Below the pieces are notes generated by a model. The model ran no database searches. It worked only from the letters and a program-made list of their open reading frames with translations, and was not told where the DNA came from. 64,000 bases of DNA from Camelus ferus (lineage: Eukaryota): contig NC_045697.1 in NCBI RefSeq assembly GCF_009834535.1, positions 24,368,001 to 24,432,000 of the forward strand, read 5' to 3'. This document shows, one piece after another, positions 11,526 through 22,919 of the stretch; position 1 is the first letter of the stretch, and every line of letters begins with the position of its first letter. The translations under genes and the position numbers were made by a program.

Positions 11526-13925
11526 AAAAAGTTGATGGGAGGCAACGTGGCTAGAATGAAAGAACTCAGGAAAATAAACCAGATAGCACAAGTCACTAAA
11601 AGCTTCAAATTCAGTTTTTCAGATGCCAATAAAATTCATTTGGAAGAAATGATGTTGTTTTCCATCAATAAGGTAAGACAGTCTCTGGATTTTCAAAAGG
11701 AAAAAAAAAGTATGCTAATGAGTGAGGAATTAATCATGTTTTCCTAATGAGGAACGTAGTAACCTTGTAAATATTTCAGTCCATAAGCCAATGAGCCATT
11801 TCGCAAATTTTAACAGTGTATTTGCTGGTTTTCTGCATCCTTTTATCATATGCTTAACACCCATAAAAGCAAGATCCTTAAAAAAAAATGACATCCCCTA
11901 AAGATGTACTTGAAATAGTCAAGTAAAATCAAAGTATTTTCTATTTCCTAGAGTTAATTTTAGCATCTCATGTCACCCCAGAGATAAATGAGCTAATTTT
12001 CTGTAAAATCTATTATTAATCCTACCAATTATACATAAAACACCAAAATGTCTGATATCATGCATTATCTATTTAAATTAGGATAAGTATCTCAGTCAAA
12101 TAAAAGGTCTTGCTTTTTCACTTGAAATTTGTCACTGGAGTACTTGGACCTGATGGTATTTTTTCCTCTTAGCCAAAGTCTGTCTAAAACATATTTTCCC
12201 TAAGCCTCATTTTGATAGTTATGAGACATTTTGATTCTTCTTTTGGAAGTAAAAAATATCTAATGCCTATCAAATCTCTAAAGCTTTAGTCTGGTGTGAG
12301 TTTTAGAAAAGAACAGACTCTCTAGGTGTACAGATGATTAATGAGAGAAGTCTGAGCACTGAAACACAGAGGAGAAAGAGGTTAACGGCATATGTATGCT
12401 TAGCTGGAATATTATGGAGGAACTGGAAAATGTCAAATATTGAACAGATATAAGATTAATTCAGGTCTCCTTGACAGTTATTTATATGGCATCTCTTAGG
12501 TATTAAAAAACACACAGAAGGCAAAAATGGAAAGTAAGGAGATAAAATTTATAAACAAGATTGGTGATAAAGGGAAAAGGAGAAAATGTATATTAGTAGA
12601 ATATATCAGAAGTTTCCTACCTAGATAATGTAAGTGGCTCACTTATTATTTAGATCACACATCCTTCCATCAGCTCTGAATACAGAATAAGAAGAAATTT
12701 GAAGAAAAAAGTTAAAAAAAAAAACTGTTGTGTGAACATAACTCTGCAGTCTATGTGGTCTAATTAGTTTCAGTTCTTTTTATTTAATCTGAATGTCAAA
12801 ATCTTTCACTCAACCAAATCTCTGTTTCACACATAACAAGAATCACTTTCATTCCCTTTGCCATCATGCCCTGAAAAGCTCTTCTCTGAAGAGTCTGAGT
12901 CATGAAGAAAAGCAAAGGAAAATGAACATTAGACTTTTGCCCAAAGTCCTGATTAATAATTTTGTTGAGATTTAATATCACCATGCTCAATTACTCCTTC
13001 CATTTTGTGCTTCTCTGTTTTTGCAAGAATTTATGTTCTCTAAACTCGTATCTTCTTTTTGTTGTCCTTGTCTTTCTTGTTCTGTTTGTAGAAGTGAATC
13101 AAACAGACATGAACGTAGACAAATGTCAGGACATTTAAAAGTACATAAAAAACCCCCCAAACCAAAAAACAAACAAAACACCCTGAGATGTATAAGTAAT
13201 TGATTAAGATAACTGTAGATGTGTGTGTATATATATGTACATATATACACATATGTACATATATATACACACTTGTATATAGTAGTGACTCATGTAAAGC
13301 TTTTAAGCTATAGTTTATTTTCAAAATGTCAAATCAAATATGTTTCTTCCAGAATGCCATGGCTTACTGCTTACTTCATCCACTTTCAATATAAAAATAG
13401 TTTGTCTTGCAGAAGGCTATGGTGGGAAGTACAGTGGAGCTGTGTATGTAGGAAGGGTTAACAAATATGCCCACTGTTCGTAAGACTGAAAATGCATCCA
13501 AGGAAAAACAGGAAGATTGCAAGTAATTAGGCAGTCCAGGGTTGATTTCCTTCCTGTACCAAACAATCTAGATGATTTCTAAAATCTCCACAGCAAATGT
13601 GAACAAAATTATGAGGCAGAGAAAAAGATAAGAAATAATTAGACAAACACATCTGCTGGTATACTGCAGCACAAAGTACCTTAAAGAGGTTCAAAGAAAC
13701 TGAAACCAGTATGCAATATTAGGACTAAAGCAAAATGGAAGACGACTGAAATAAGACAGTGGGTTGAATGTGAGTAATTAAACACAGCATTACATGTTCA
13801 TTTAACTTTTGGAAATTTTAAATATAAAAGATATTTATGTGAAAAATATGAAGTAAAATGCATCAATACATTAACTAATGGGATTAAATTATATTGAGAT
13901 TCATTTTCTCTATTGATGACCTAAT

Positions 13926-14479
13926 TGTTACCATGTCCTTTACAGACTTTTGGACAGCAGCATCATAGAAATGAATATTGTTTCCACAAGACTCTTAGGC
14001 AAGCAAATCGTTTTATAAAAGAGATGGCTTGTGCTTCAAAGAGAAGGTGGGAAAAAATGCCAGCTCCCCAAGTGGAAGGGGCCAGTTGCTTTTATAACAA
14101 AAGGGAGGGTTTGCCTCATGGTCACTGATAATTTCCAGAAATCATCAAAACTCTTTGATCAGCATCAGGTGGCTCCATGGTGGCTGTCAGGATAGAGAGT
14201 CCTTCTGCAGGGGAGAGAAATACATGGGAATTTTCTGCAAGAGAGCACAGGAACACATAGGGTTAAAATTTATAGTCGACCTCCTTCCTTGTCTTGGGGC
14301 AACTAGGTATACTCATTAGTGTAACAGAGATGAAGTTAATCTTTTATTCTTGGGAACCTGATTTTTGTTTCTGGGATGCAGGCCCCCAGGGCCTTTGCTC
14401 TGGAGTTTGCAAGGCCTGTTTTGCCCAAGGCTGTCCCTCGTCCTTTCCAAAATGTCTGTCCTCTTGTCTTCCTGCCTCA
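13926..14479 (-). mobile_element. ERV1-type solo LTR (554 bp)
   Basis: TGTTACC...CCTGCCTCA termini; perfect 4-bp TSD TAAT at 13922-13925 and 14480-14483. Confidence 0.85.
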
Positions 14480-14859
14480 TAATGAGTTAAAATGCTTCCA
14501 GTTTTACACTAGTTGGGACTGAAATTCATTGCATCATATCTGGAGCTGTTACACAGTATTAACTCAGAGGAAGGTAGGTGGATGATGTTGAAAATAGGGA
14601 GGCAATCTCATCCACTGAATTTTAAGTCAGATATGTAAACATGTAGTCCAAAAGTTATTTTCAGGAAAGTGAATTTCAGGCTAAAAGGAATGAAATTGTA
14701 TTATCAATCATAAAGGGACTGAATATTGGAAAACTGAGTCACTGATCTAATTGTCAAATTTCTGGTGAAGAGGTCATAAATTAAATTTTCTTCTGTTATG
14801 TGGATAATTTGAAGCCAACAAAATACTAAATTTATACAATTAAATTTCCTTTGATTTTC

Positions 14860-16502
14860 TTAAAAACTACTTTACTGAGATATGATTACTGTGTAAAAGC
14901 TGCACATATTTAATACATACAACTCAATTTCAGTTTAGAGATAAGTAAACACCTGTTAAACCATCACCACCATTAAGACCATAAACATGTTCATCACCTC
15001 CCAACATTCCTTCTATCACCTTCCTTATTATATTTTGTGTGTGGTAAGAGCACTTGACATAGTATTTACCTTCTTAACAAATTTTATATAATAAAATATT
15101 ATTAGCTATAGGCACTATTCTATATAGTAGGTCTTCAGAACTTACCTTGCAAAATGGAAACTTTGTACCTTTGACCATCACCTCCCATTTCCCCATCCCT
15201 ATGGACTCTAGCAAACACCATCTATTATTCTGTTTCTGAGTTTAACTGATTTAGATTCTACAGATAGTGAGATCATATAATATTTGGATTTCTGCCTTTG
15301 GCTTTTTTCACTTAGCATAGTGTTCTCCAGGTTCATTCACATTCATGTAAAAATAATTTCCTTCTTTTTTAAGGCTGAATAATATTCTATTGCATGTATA
15401 TTAGATTTTCTTTATCCATCCATTGTTGGATATTTAGGTTATTTCTGTATCTTAGCTATTGTGAATGATGCTGCAATGAATATCAGAGTGCGGGTACCAC
15501 TTCCAGATTCTGACTTCAATTCCTTTGACTAAATAGCTAGAAGGAGGATTGCTGGATCACATGATAGTTTAATTTTTAAAATATTTTTTAGGCACCACCA
15601 TACATTTTCCATAATTGCTATAATAATTTATATTCCCACAAACAGTATACCAGGGTCCTCTTTTTACCACGTGCTAGCCAAAACTTTTCTTTTCCTTTTC
15701 AAATAATGATCAGCCTAACAGATGCGAGGTGATATTTACTTGTAGTTTTGATTTGGGTTTCCCTGCTGGCTGCATCCCTGATGATGTGCGTCTCCGTGAT
15801 GCTGCAGAGCACCTTTTCATATATCTGTTGACTATTTGTGTGTTTTCTTTGAATAAAAGTCTTTTCAGTTATTTGCCCATTTTAAAATCAAATTATTTGT
15901 TTTTTGGGTTTTTAAGATTTGTTTTGTTTTGCTATTAAATTGTATCAGTTGCTTATATATTTTGAATATTAAGCCTTTATCAGATATGGTTTGCAAATAT
16001 TTTCTCCCATTTTGTAAATTGCCTTTTCATTTTGTTGATTATTTCCTTTGTCATGTAGAAACTCTTTAGTTTGATGCAATCTCATTGTTAATTTTTGCTT
16101 TTGCTGCCTGTGCTTTTGGTGTCATATCCAAAAACTCATTGTCAAGACCAATGTTAAAGAGATCACGGATTTTCTGTGTATGGTATAAGAAAAAGATCCA
16201 ATTTTGTTCTTTGGCAAGTGGTATTCAGTTTTCACAACACCATTTTTTTAAGAAACTGTTTTTTCTCCATTTTGTATTCTTGGCACCCTATTGAAGATCA
16301 GTTAAACATTACGCATGAGTTTATTTCTGGGCTCTCGATTTTATTCCATTGGTATATGTGTTTGTTTGCATGCCAGTACAATGGTATTGTAATTGTTCCA
16401 GCTGTATAATATAACCTTAAGTCAGTGTGATGCTTCCTATTTTGTTCTTTCTCTAGATAGCTCCTTGGGTTCTTTTACAGTTCCATACAAATTTTAGGAT
16501 TT
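14860..16502 (-). mobile_element. L1 (L1MA/MB-age) 3' UTR and ORF2 C-terminal region
   Basis: Classic antisense L1 text (TTTAAGGCTGAATAATATTC, GGATTGCTGGATCACATG, TTCCATACAAATTTTAGGAT). Confidence 0.9.
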
Positions 16503-17820
16503 TAAGGTCATCATCCGGAGGCACAGACTCAATAAAAGACTGAGACATCATTATAGGACCATCGAATACTTTCCCCCCCGCCACACCTCACCACCACTTT
16601 CCCGGAGGCCTATTTATAGCACTTCCTTCTACCCCATGCATCACGTCCTGCTATCACAGGAAAATAACAAGGCATAGCAAAAGGCAAAAAGCATTACTTG
16701 AAGAAAGTGCAATCACCAGAGCTAGATATGATAGGATGTTGGAATTATCAGACCAAGAATTTGGAACAACTATGATTAGGATGCTAAGGACTTTAATGGA
16801 TAAAGTCCACTGTGTAGAATAGATAAGCAGTGTAAGCAGAGATGGAAACCTTAAGAGAGAACCTAAAAGAAACACTAGAGATAAAAACCACTGTAACATA
16901 TTAAAAATGCTTTTCATGAGCTTATTAGTAGATTGGATGTGGCTTGAAAAAAATCTCTGAGCTAAAGGAGACATCAATAGATTCCTCAAAAACAAAAAAA
17001 CAAAGTGAATCAAGACTGGAAAAAAAATAGAACAGAATATTCAAAAGCTGTATGATGACTAAAAAAATGTAACATATGTGCATAACAGTACACGAAAGAG
17101 AAGACATACAGAAAATAACAGAAGAAATATTTAAAACAATAATGGCTGAGAACTTTTCATATTAATGTCAGACACTAAATCACAGATCCAGGAAGCTCAG
17201 AGAACATCAGGAAGAATAGATGCAAAAGAAACTATGCCAAGGTATATTTTCAAATTACAGAAATTCAAAGATAAAAAAAAAATTCTTGAAAGTATATAGA
17301 AGGGAAAAACAGTTTACTTATAGAGAAACAAAGATAAGAATTGAGTCTAACTTCTCAGAAATCATGCAAGGATGAAGAAAGTGGAGAAAAATATTTAAGA
17401 TGTTGAAAGAAAAAAAATCTACCAGCCTAGAAATCTGTTCTCCATAAAATTTTTCTTCAAAAGTGAAGGAAAAATAAAGACTTACTGAGAAAAACAAATA
17501 TTGAGTGTATTTGTTGTCAGTAGATCTGCACTGCAAAAAAATGTTCAAAGAAATTGTTTAGAGAGAAGAAATACAATATAGGTCAGAAACCAGAAACTCA
17601 GATCTACAAAAAGAAAGGAAGAGCATTTAAATGATTTGCGTTGATTATAATCTGTCATTGTATGATGTGTCTTACCTAATCCTTGGTAAAAAATATACCA
17701 CACTGATGAGTGACATTGACAAGGGGGGGAGGCTACGCATGTGTGGGCAGCAAGAGGTATGTGGGAAATTTCTGTATTTTGTTGTAAACCTAAAATTATT
17801 CTAAAAAATAGTTTAAAAAT
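16503..17820 (+). mobile_element. Internally deleted L1 (L1MC/MD-like): ORF1 region joined to a 3' end, inserted antisense into the host L1
   Basis: ORF1-like A-rich text (ACAGATCCAGGAAGCTCAGAGAACATCAGG); 3'-end motif TGTGGGAAATTTCTGTA...TGTAAACCTAAAATTATTCTAAAAAATA at ~17760-17815; no ORF2 body between them. Confidence 0.7.
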
Positions 17821-19810
17821 ACCTTAACTTTGACCATTCTTTATAAAAACTCTACATTTTTACTTCTCTCCCAAACATTTTATGTTATTAATATTGCATT
17901 TTGCATCTCTTTATATTGCATATTCATTAACAAATGATTGCAGGTATAGATATGTTTAATACTCTTGTCTTTAAATTTTCATACTAGAGTTAAAAGTGGC
18001 TTACACACCACCATTACAGTATTAGAGTATTCTGAATTTGACTGTATACTTACCTTTTGGCAAAAGCTACCTATATACCTACCTCTGCTTGATCGAGACT
18101 GCTATTGAAGTGCTCTATTAAATTTTTCAGATCAATCATTGTATTCTTCAGCTCCAGAATTTGACTGGTTCTTTGTTATGCTTTCTATCTCTTTGTTAAA
18201 TTTTAAATTTTGTTTATGTATTGGTTTCCTGATTTCGTTTAGTCATCTGTGTTCTCTCATAGCTCACTAAACTTAAGATGATTATTTTAAATTCTCTGTC
18301 AGGCTAATTTTTTTTTCCATCTTGCTGAGTTACAATCAATATGTTTTAACAGGGATTCAATGATTCAGCCTCTTCAGTAACTGACAACCTTCATGCCACA
18401 CAGAAATTCTGACCAGCAGCAAATCGACAGCAGATTTAAGCCGAATGAGGCCAAGGGTAGAGCCCTGGGGCCCATCACCGGAGCGCCAACACCAGCCGTT
18501 ATGAATAAGCTGTTTTGCAGTATCTCTGCAAGAGCCGCCTGGCTCCCTTCCCGGGCTGGCTGCCTCCTTTTTGGTCTGCCTCGTCATTGTGTAAGTTCAT
18601 GAGAGTCCGAGCATTCTGCTTGATCTCCCAGGCATCCACGAAGGCCTTGGTGAAGCCGATGCCATAGCGGGTGTTGGCAGAGCAGCCACCTCACTTCCAG
18701 CCCTGGTCCCGGTGGTACTGGCTTCGATTCTCCTTGTCGCAGCCACAGTCACTCAGGTTGCCCTGGGTACATACATCCCCATTTTGGGGATCAGCTCTTG
18801 GGGCTTTAATGTCTTCTGTTGGTGGTAGCGTATTTCCTTGATTCTTAGTGTTGCTTGAAGCCTTCCATTGCTGCTTTCACATTTGAGGAAGCAGTCCCCT
18901 TCTCTGGTCTTTACTGACTGGCTTCAGAAGAAAAAGACCATTTAGTCCAGCCAGCGACTCAAGGAATATCTTAGACTTTTTCTATGGATAAGAAAAGTCT
19001 GCTCTATTCCTCTTTCTCCCTCTTGGGAGAGAAGTTTTAGGATTGTGTCTGTTTTCAATCCTTCAAAGCCAGCTGGATGCTGAGAAACTTGCATTGATTA
19101 TTCCTAAGGCTGTGCTCGGAAGTGTCCCAGGTCTGTGCATCCTCCCAGTCTAACAGAGTCGAGCTTTATGCTCGTATCCCTGTGCCTTCTGGGGGAATCC
19201 ATGTCTGTGGAAGCTTGTGCCACCCTCTGCAGGGAAGCATGGGGCACTGACAAAGAGGGGCATGCCAAGTACTTGGGGTACATGCCAGCTATTTGAAGGG
19301 GTGTACAGGTGAGTTGCTCTTGGGGTTCCTGGGTTGGCCTCTTCATGGAATCTGAGAGCCAGTTAGAATCTGCAGCCAGTTACTGAGCTCCATGCTCAAG
19401 TTGCTGTGAGCCTCTGCCCCTTTCCCCTGCTCCCGGACTATTCAGTCATGCCAGTCTCTCGGTATTCTGGAAGGGGTGAGGAAAATTTAGATCTCTTGAG
19501 CAGCATTTTCCAAATCTGGGGAAGCAGGGAGATCACGTCACTCTCCCTTTTCTCCATGCAGAAATTGTGGGCTGAAGGTCTTCTTTGGCACAGAGCTGTG
19601 CCAACTGGGGAGAGGCAACATGCAGGTAAAATGAAACTGTTCTTATCCTCTTCAGTATGTCTATTCTTGGATTTTTGGCTCCACTGAGATGCTGGAACCT
19701 CTTAGCTGAATACCTAGATGCCTATAAAAATTGGTGGTTGTTAAAATTAGTGGTTTTGTCAGGATTTAAGTGCTGGAATCTCACAGAACACAATCTTATT
19801 GACATCACTT
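17821..19810 (-). mobile_element. L1 inter-ORF, ORF1 and 5' UTR remnants; host of the WNT7A retrocopy
   Basis: CACACCACCATTACAGTATTAGAGTATTCTGAATTTG and CTTCAGCTCCAGAATT are antisense L1M motifs. A GC-richer 5' UTR-like stretch runs to ~19810. Confidence 0.7.
18308..18771 (-). pseudogene. WNT7A: 5'-truncated processed pseudogene (retrocopy) of WNT7A: exon-3 portion, non-canonical 3' segment and poly(A)
   Basis: Minus strand 18771-18568 translates [67 protein letters not shown]. Recalled WNT7A is [68 protein letters not shown] (55/68 identical, no indels). QYHRD, GIGF and KQNART distinguish it from WNT7B. Stop at 18691-18693; T9 (poly(A)) at 18308-18316. Confidence 0.93.
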
Positions 19811-21229
19811 CTCTTCAACTTTCTTTTATTGATTCCATGTATATCAAATGATTTCCTGGTAAAACTGTGGGTCCTCACTTAGCTTTGTCTATTGAGAGGG
19901 AACACTTTTGTCAATTTCAAGTAAATATTTCAGTTCCTATAACAATCAGCTTTGTTTAACAGGTTTAAATACTAATCTTGGTGTTAGTTAATGTTAGTTT
20001 GCCCCTAATGAAACTGAATGATGTTCGGGTATCTGGGCAGGAAATGCTGACACTGAGAATCTACTACTAATAAAATAACCGAGAAAATGATTCCTGGTGT
20101 TTCTTGATAGTTAGGTCTACACAGCTCCTGTCTGGCAAAGCATACTTTAGCTTCCAAAATTTTGAAGCTCTATGGATCACCAGTGAAAGGCTGTATTTAT
20201 GTACACAAACATTAAATATAGAAAGTCAACATTTTCAGTCTTTATTATTTTATTTCCTGGCATAATCACATTTCTAATGAAATGGTATTCACAAATATTG
20301 GTACATACGGTACAAACAAATTAGAAAAAAACTTAAATTTTCATTCACAGTTTGCCTTCTTTTCATCAAACATATTATATAAATGTTTTATTTTAGGTAT
20401 GCTGTGTTTCTTTGTATTCATAACATCATCACTCAAGATGCTAATTACTATGGTGGACATTTATGTCATTAGAATGGCTTATAGTTTAACAGATTGTTAT
20501 AAAATTGGATCTTATCCTTAAGCTCCAATGTCTGTATGGCCCTGATAATTTTGAAAATGCTGTCACCATTGTACCTAACCTGAGGAAATGAATAAATGAC
20601 TATCTGCAGTCCTGGATTTATTTGTGCTTTTATATAGCTGAGGGCATGGCTTTAGTATAGTTCACAGAATATGTCAAAGACTAATTGTGAAATATTTGGC
20701 TGTAAGGTGATTTGGATGTCCCTGATTAGACAATATTTGCATATGAGATAATCAACTATTTTCAATCATAATTCGTGTATAAGTCCTCATTATTTAGGGT
20801 TGATGTTTGACTGGAATTATGCCTATGTGCTGGCATAATACCACTTTGAGCTCTTTCCATATTTATTCTGCACACTAGAAAAGGATATTAATTAACTGAA
20901 AGTTATTTTTTTGCATGTTTTAGATTTTAAAGAAGCTTGCTCTACAAATTTGTGTATAAATATGTTAGATAGCCATTTCATATTTTTCAAAATACGAGAG
21001 TCTTTTAGTTATGTCTATAGAAGATCATTCAGGTACTGATATTTTCTAAAAAGTCACCATACTTATTCCTTAAATGAAATATTTTGGTTAAAATTTCAGT
21101 GCCAAGTCATACCTATGTTCCTTTATGATTCTGTATGTGCATGATTTTTTTTTTCTTTTCAATGTCAAGAGAAGTAAGATGTAGTTGACACGAAGGAATA
21201 TCTGCCTAACTCACAAAAGCATGCCCATG

Positions 21230-21720
21230 AAAACAGCACGTCTCTGATATCCCCTCATTGGGGAGCTACTCCTTCCTCACTGCAGCCTTGAGATTCTAAT
21301 GTCGGAGAAGATTATAGTGCCTGCTTCCATGTGCAATGACTTTTGATCCAAGGAATATATCCATGATCCATAATCCATGATCCATGATCCATGATCTGAG
21401 GTTGTCAATCAAATTGCATCTCTTAGATTTTTCAAAGGAGTTGGAGAGTGTTTTATTTCAGATAGTGAATATGGGAAGAATAAGTTCATACCTGCACATG
21501 CCACGTGAAATAAACTGGGATGAAAATAAAGCTGATGCTTACAGAGGGGAGGAGATGAGAGTTAAAGATACTATCAATGGCCTTAAAGTACTTTCAAATC
21601 TTTCCTGAGGTCAGATCTACAAATGCCTTGTCTGCTATTTGATTTTCTAAGCAGTAAAACCCTCCTTTGTTGCATAGTTCAAATTAGGCTTATGAACTCA
21701 ACTGAATTAAAAAGTGCAGA
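21230..21720 (+). mobile_element. Very old ERVL-type LTR remnant (LTR16/LTR33-like)
   Basis: Weak resemblance only (AAATAAAGCTGATGC...TTCCTGAGGTCAGATCTAC); boundaries uncertain. Confidence 0.3.
21359..21396. repeat. (ATCCATG)n heptamer tandem, ~5.4 copies
   Basis: ATCCATG ATCCATA ATCCATG ATCCATG ATCCATG ATC. Confidence 0.9.
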
Positions 21721-22919
21721 GAAAAAGTACTGGTCATTGATCAAACAGTATAATTCAATAGAATTAAATAATCACCGAAGTTACCTTCCTTATCCTTTCA
21801 AATGTGTTGCTCTGAAGCTAGATCAATATTTGCAACACCAGAGGTCAACCTGAAATGGTATCTTTTTACCCATCGCTCATTTTTTATTATCTCTCCCTGG
21901 CTTTTACACATACATGGTGAACACATTACACTGGAGATGTTACCTCTTTAAGATTGCTCTTAGACTCGATAGATACGTGGGGTGGGTGAGGAGGAAGGAC
22001 ATATTGGGAAAACTAAATATTATAAATATCAGAAAAGGTACTTTAATATTTTGAGGCCTAACCTCATTGTAACAACTGAATATTACAAATGGAAAATAAC
22101 AAATAGTACTATTTTAGATTATGACAATGATTTCAAAATCATTGCACCAATTAATTACAAAGATTAAAAAAGTTGAAAGGACTCACGAGGCTCCTTACAG
22201 TTTGCTTTTGTTACTGCTTAATAAAGATTAAGTACGTAGTGCAACAGAAAGACATACAGGAAATCACTGTGAGTCCAATCATTTCAGGCTCAGTACTGCC
22301 TCCTCCCCAGTTTCCCTTCTCAGTCTCACAAGACTTCACAGGACTTCATCTTCAGACTAAGAAATCCCAGGATTTGAGACAGCTATATCATTGTAATTCA
22401 GGGACACCCAGACAAATATTTATAGTAGGGTATTTCACACACAGCTGGTCACATAACTCAAGCCTAGTTGTGCAAACGATCTAATTGAACATCCCCCAAC
22501 AATGTAGAACAAGCTGTCACTAAGCTTTAAACAGCGTATTATGATGCACAAGTCATTCTTATCTTGCTCAAGGGTCAGTATATCACTTCCATGAATCCTG
22601 AGAGACAAGCATCAAGCTGTTCCAGTCTGGCTACCTGATAACCCTGTCTTATATAAGCATCAATTACATTATATGAGGATATAATCTGTGTGGAGGAAGC
22701 AATTTAAAAGGAATGGGAAATTGATTTAAGAAAGAAAAGACCAGGCTATACTTAATGTCAGCAAAGATGATTCTCTTGGATTATCATTATTTTCTCCTTT
22801 CTTTCTTTTTCTTTTGGTTGCTTCTCCTCTATCCAATAATTTTAATCAATTTTTTTGCACCTAATTTACATATGACATACATTTTAAATGTCAAGTCTGA
22901 TGACTGTTTTCCCGATTTA

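Noticed and set aside
11610..11680. Possible small exon (TTTTTCAG...AAG/GTAAGA)
   Set aside because: About 50 nt with no recognisable peptide and no partner exons; such motif pairs arise by chance.
18393..18602. Plus-strand 69-aa ORF over the retrocopy
   Set aside because: Antisense shadow frame of the retrocopy with no independent support.
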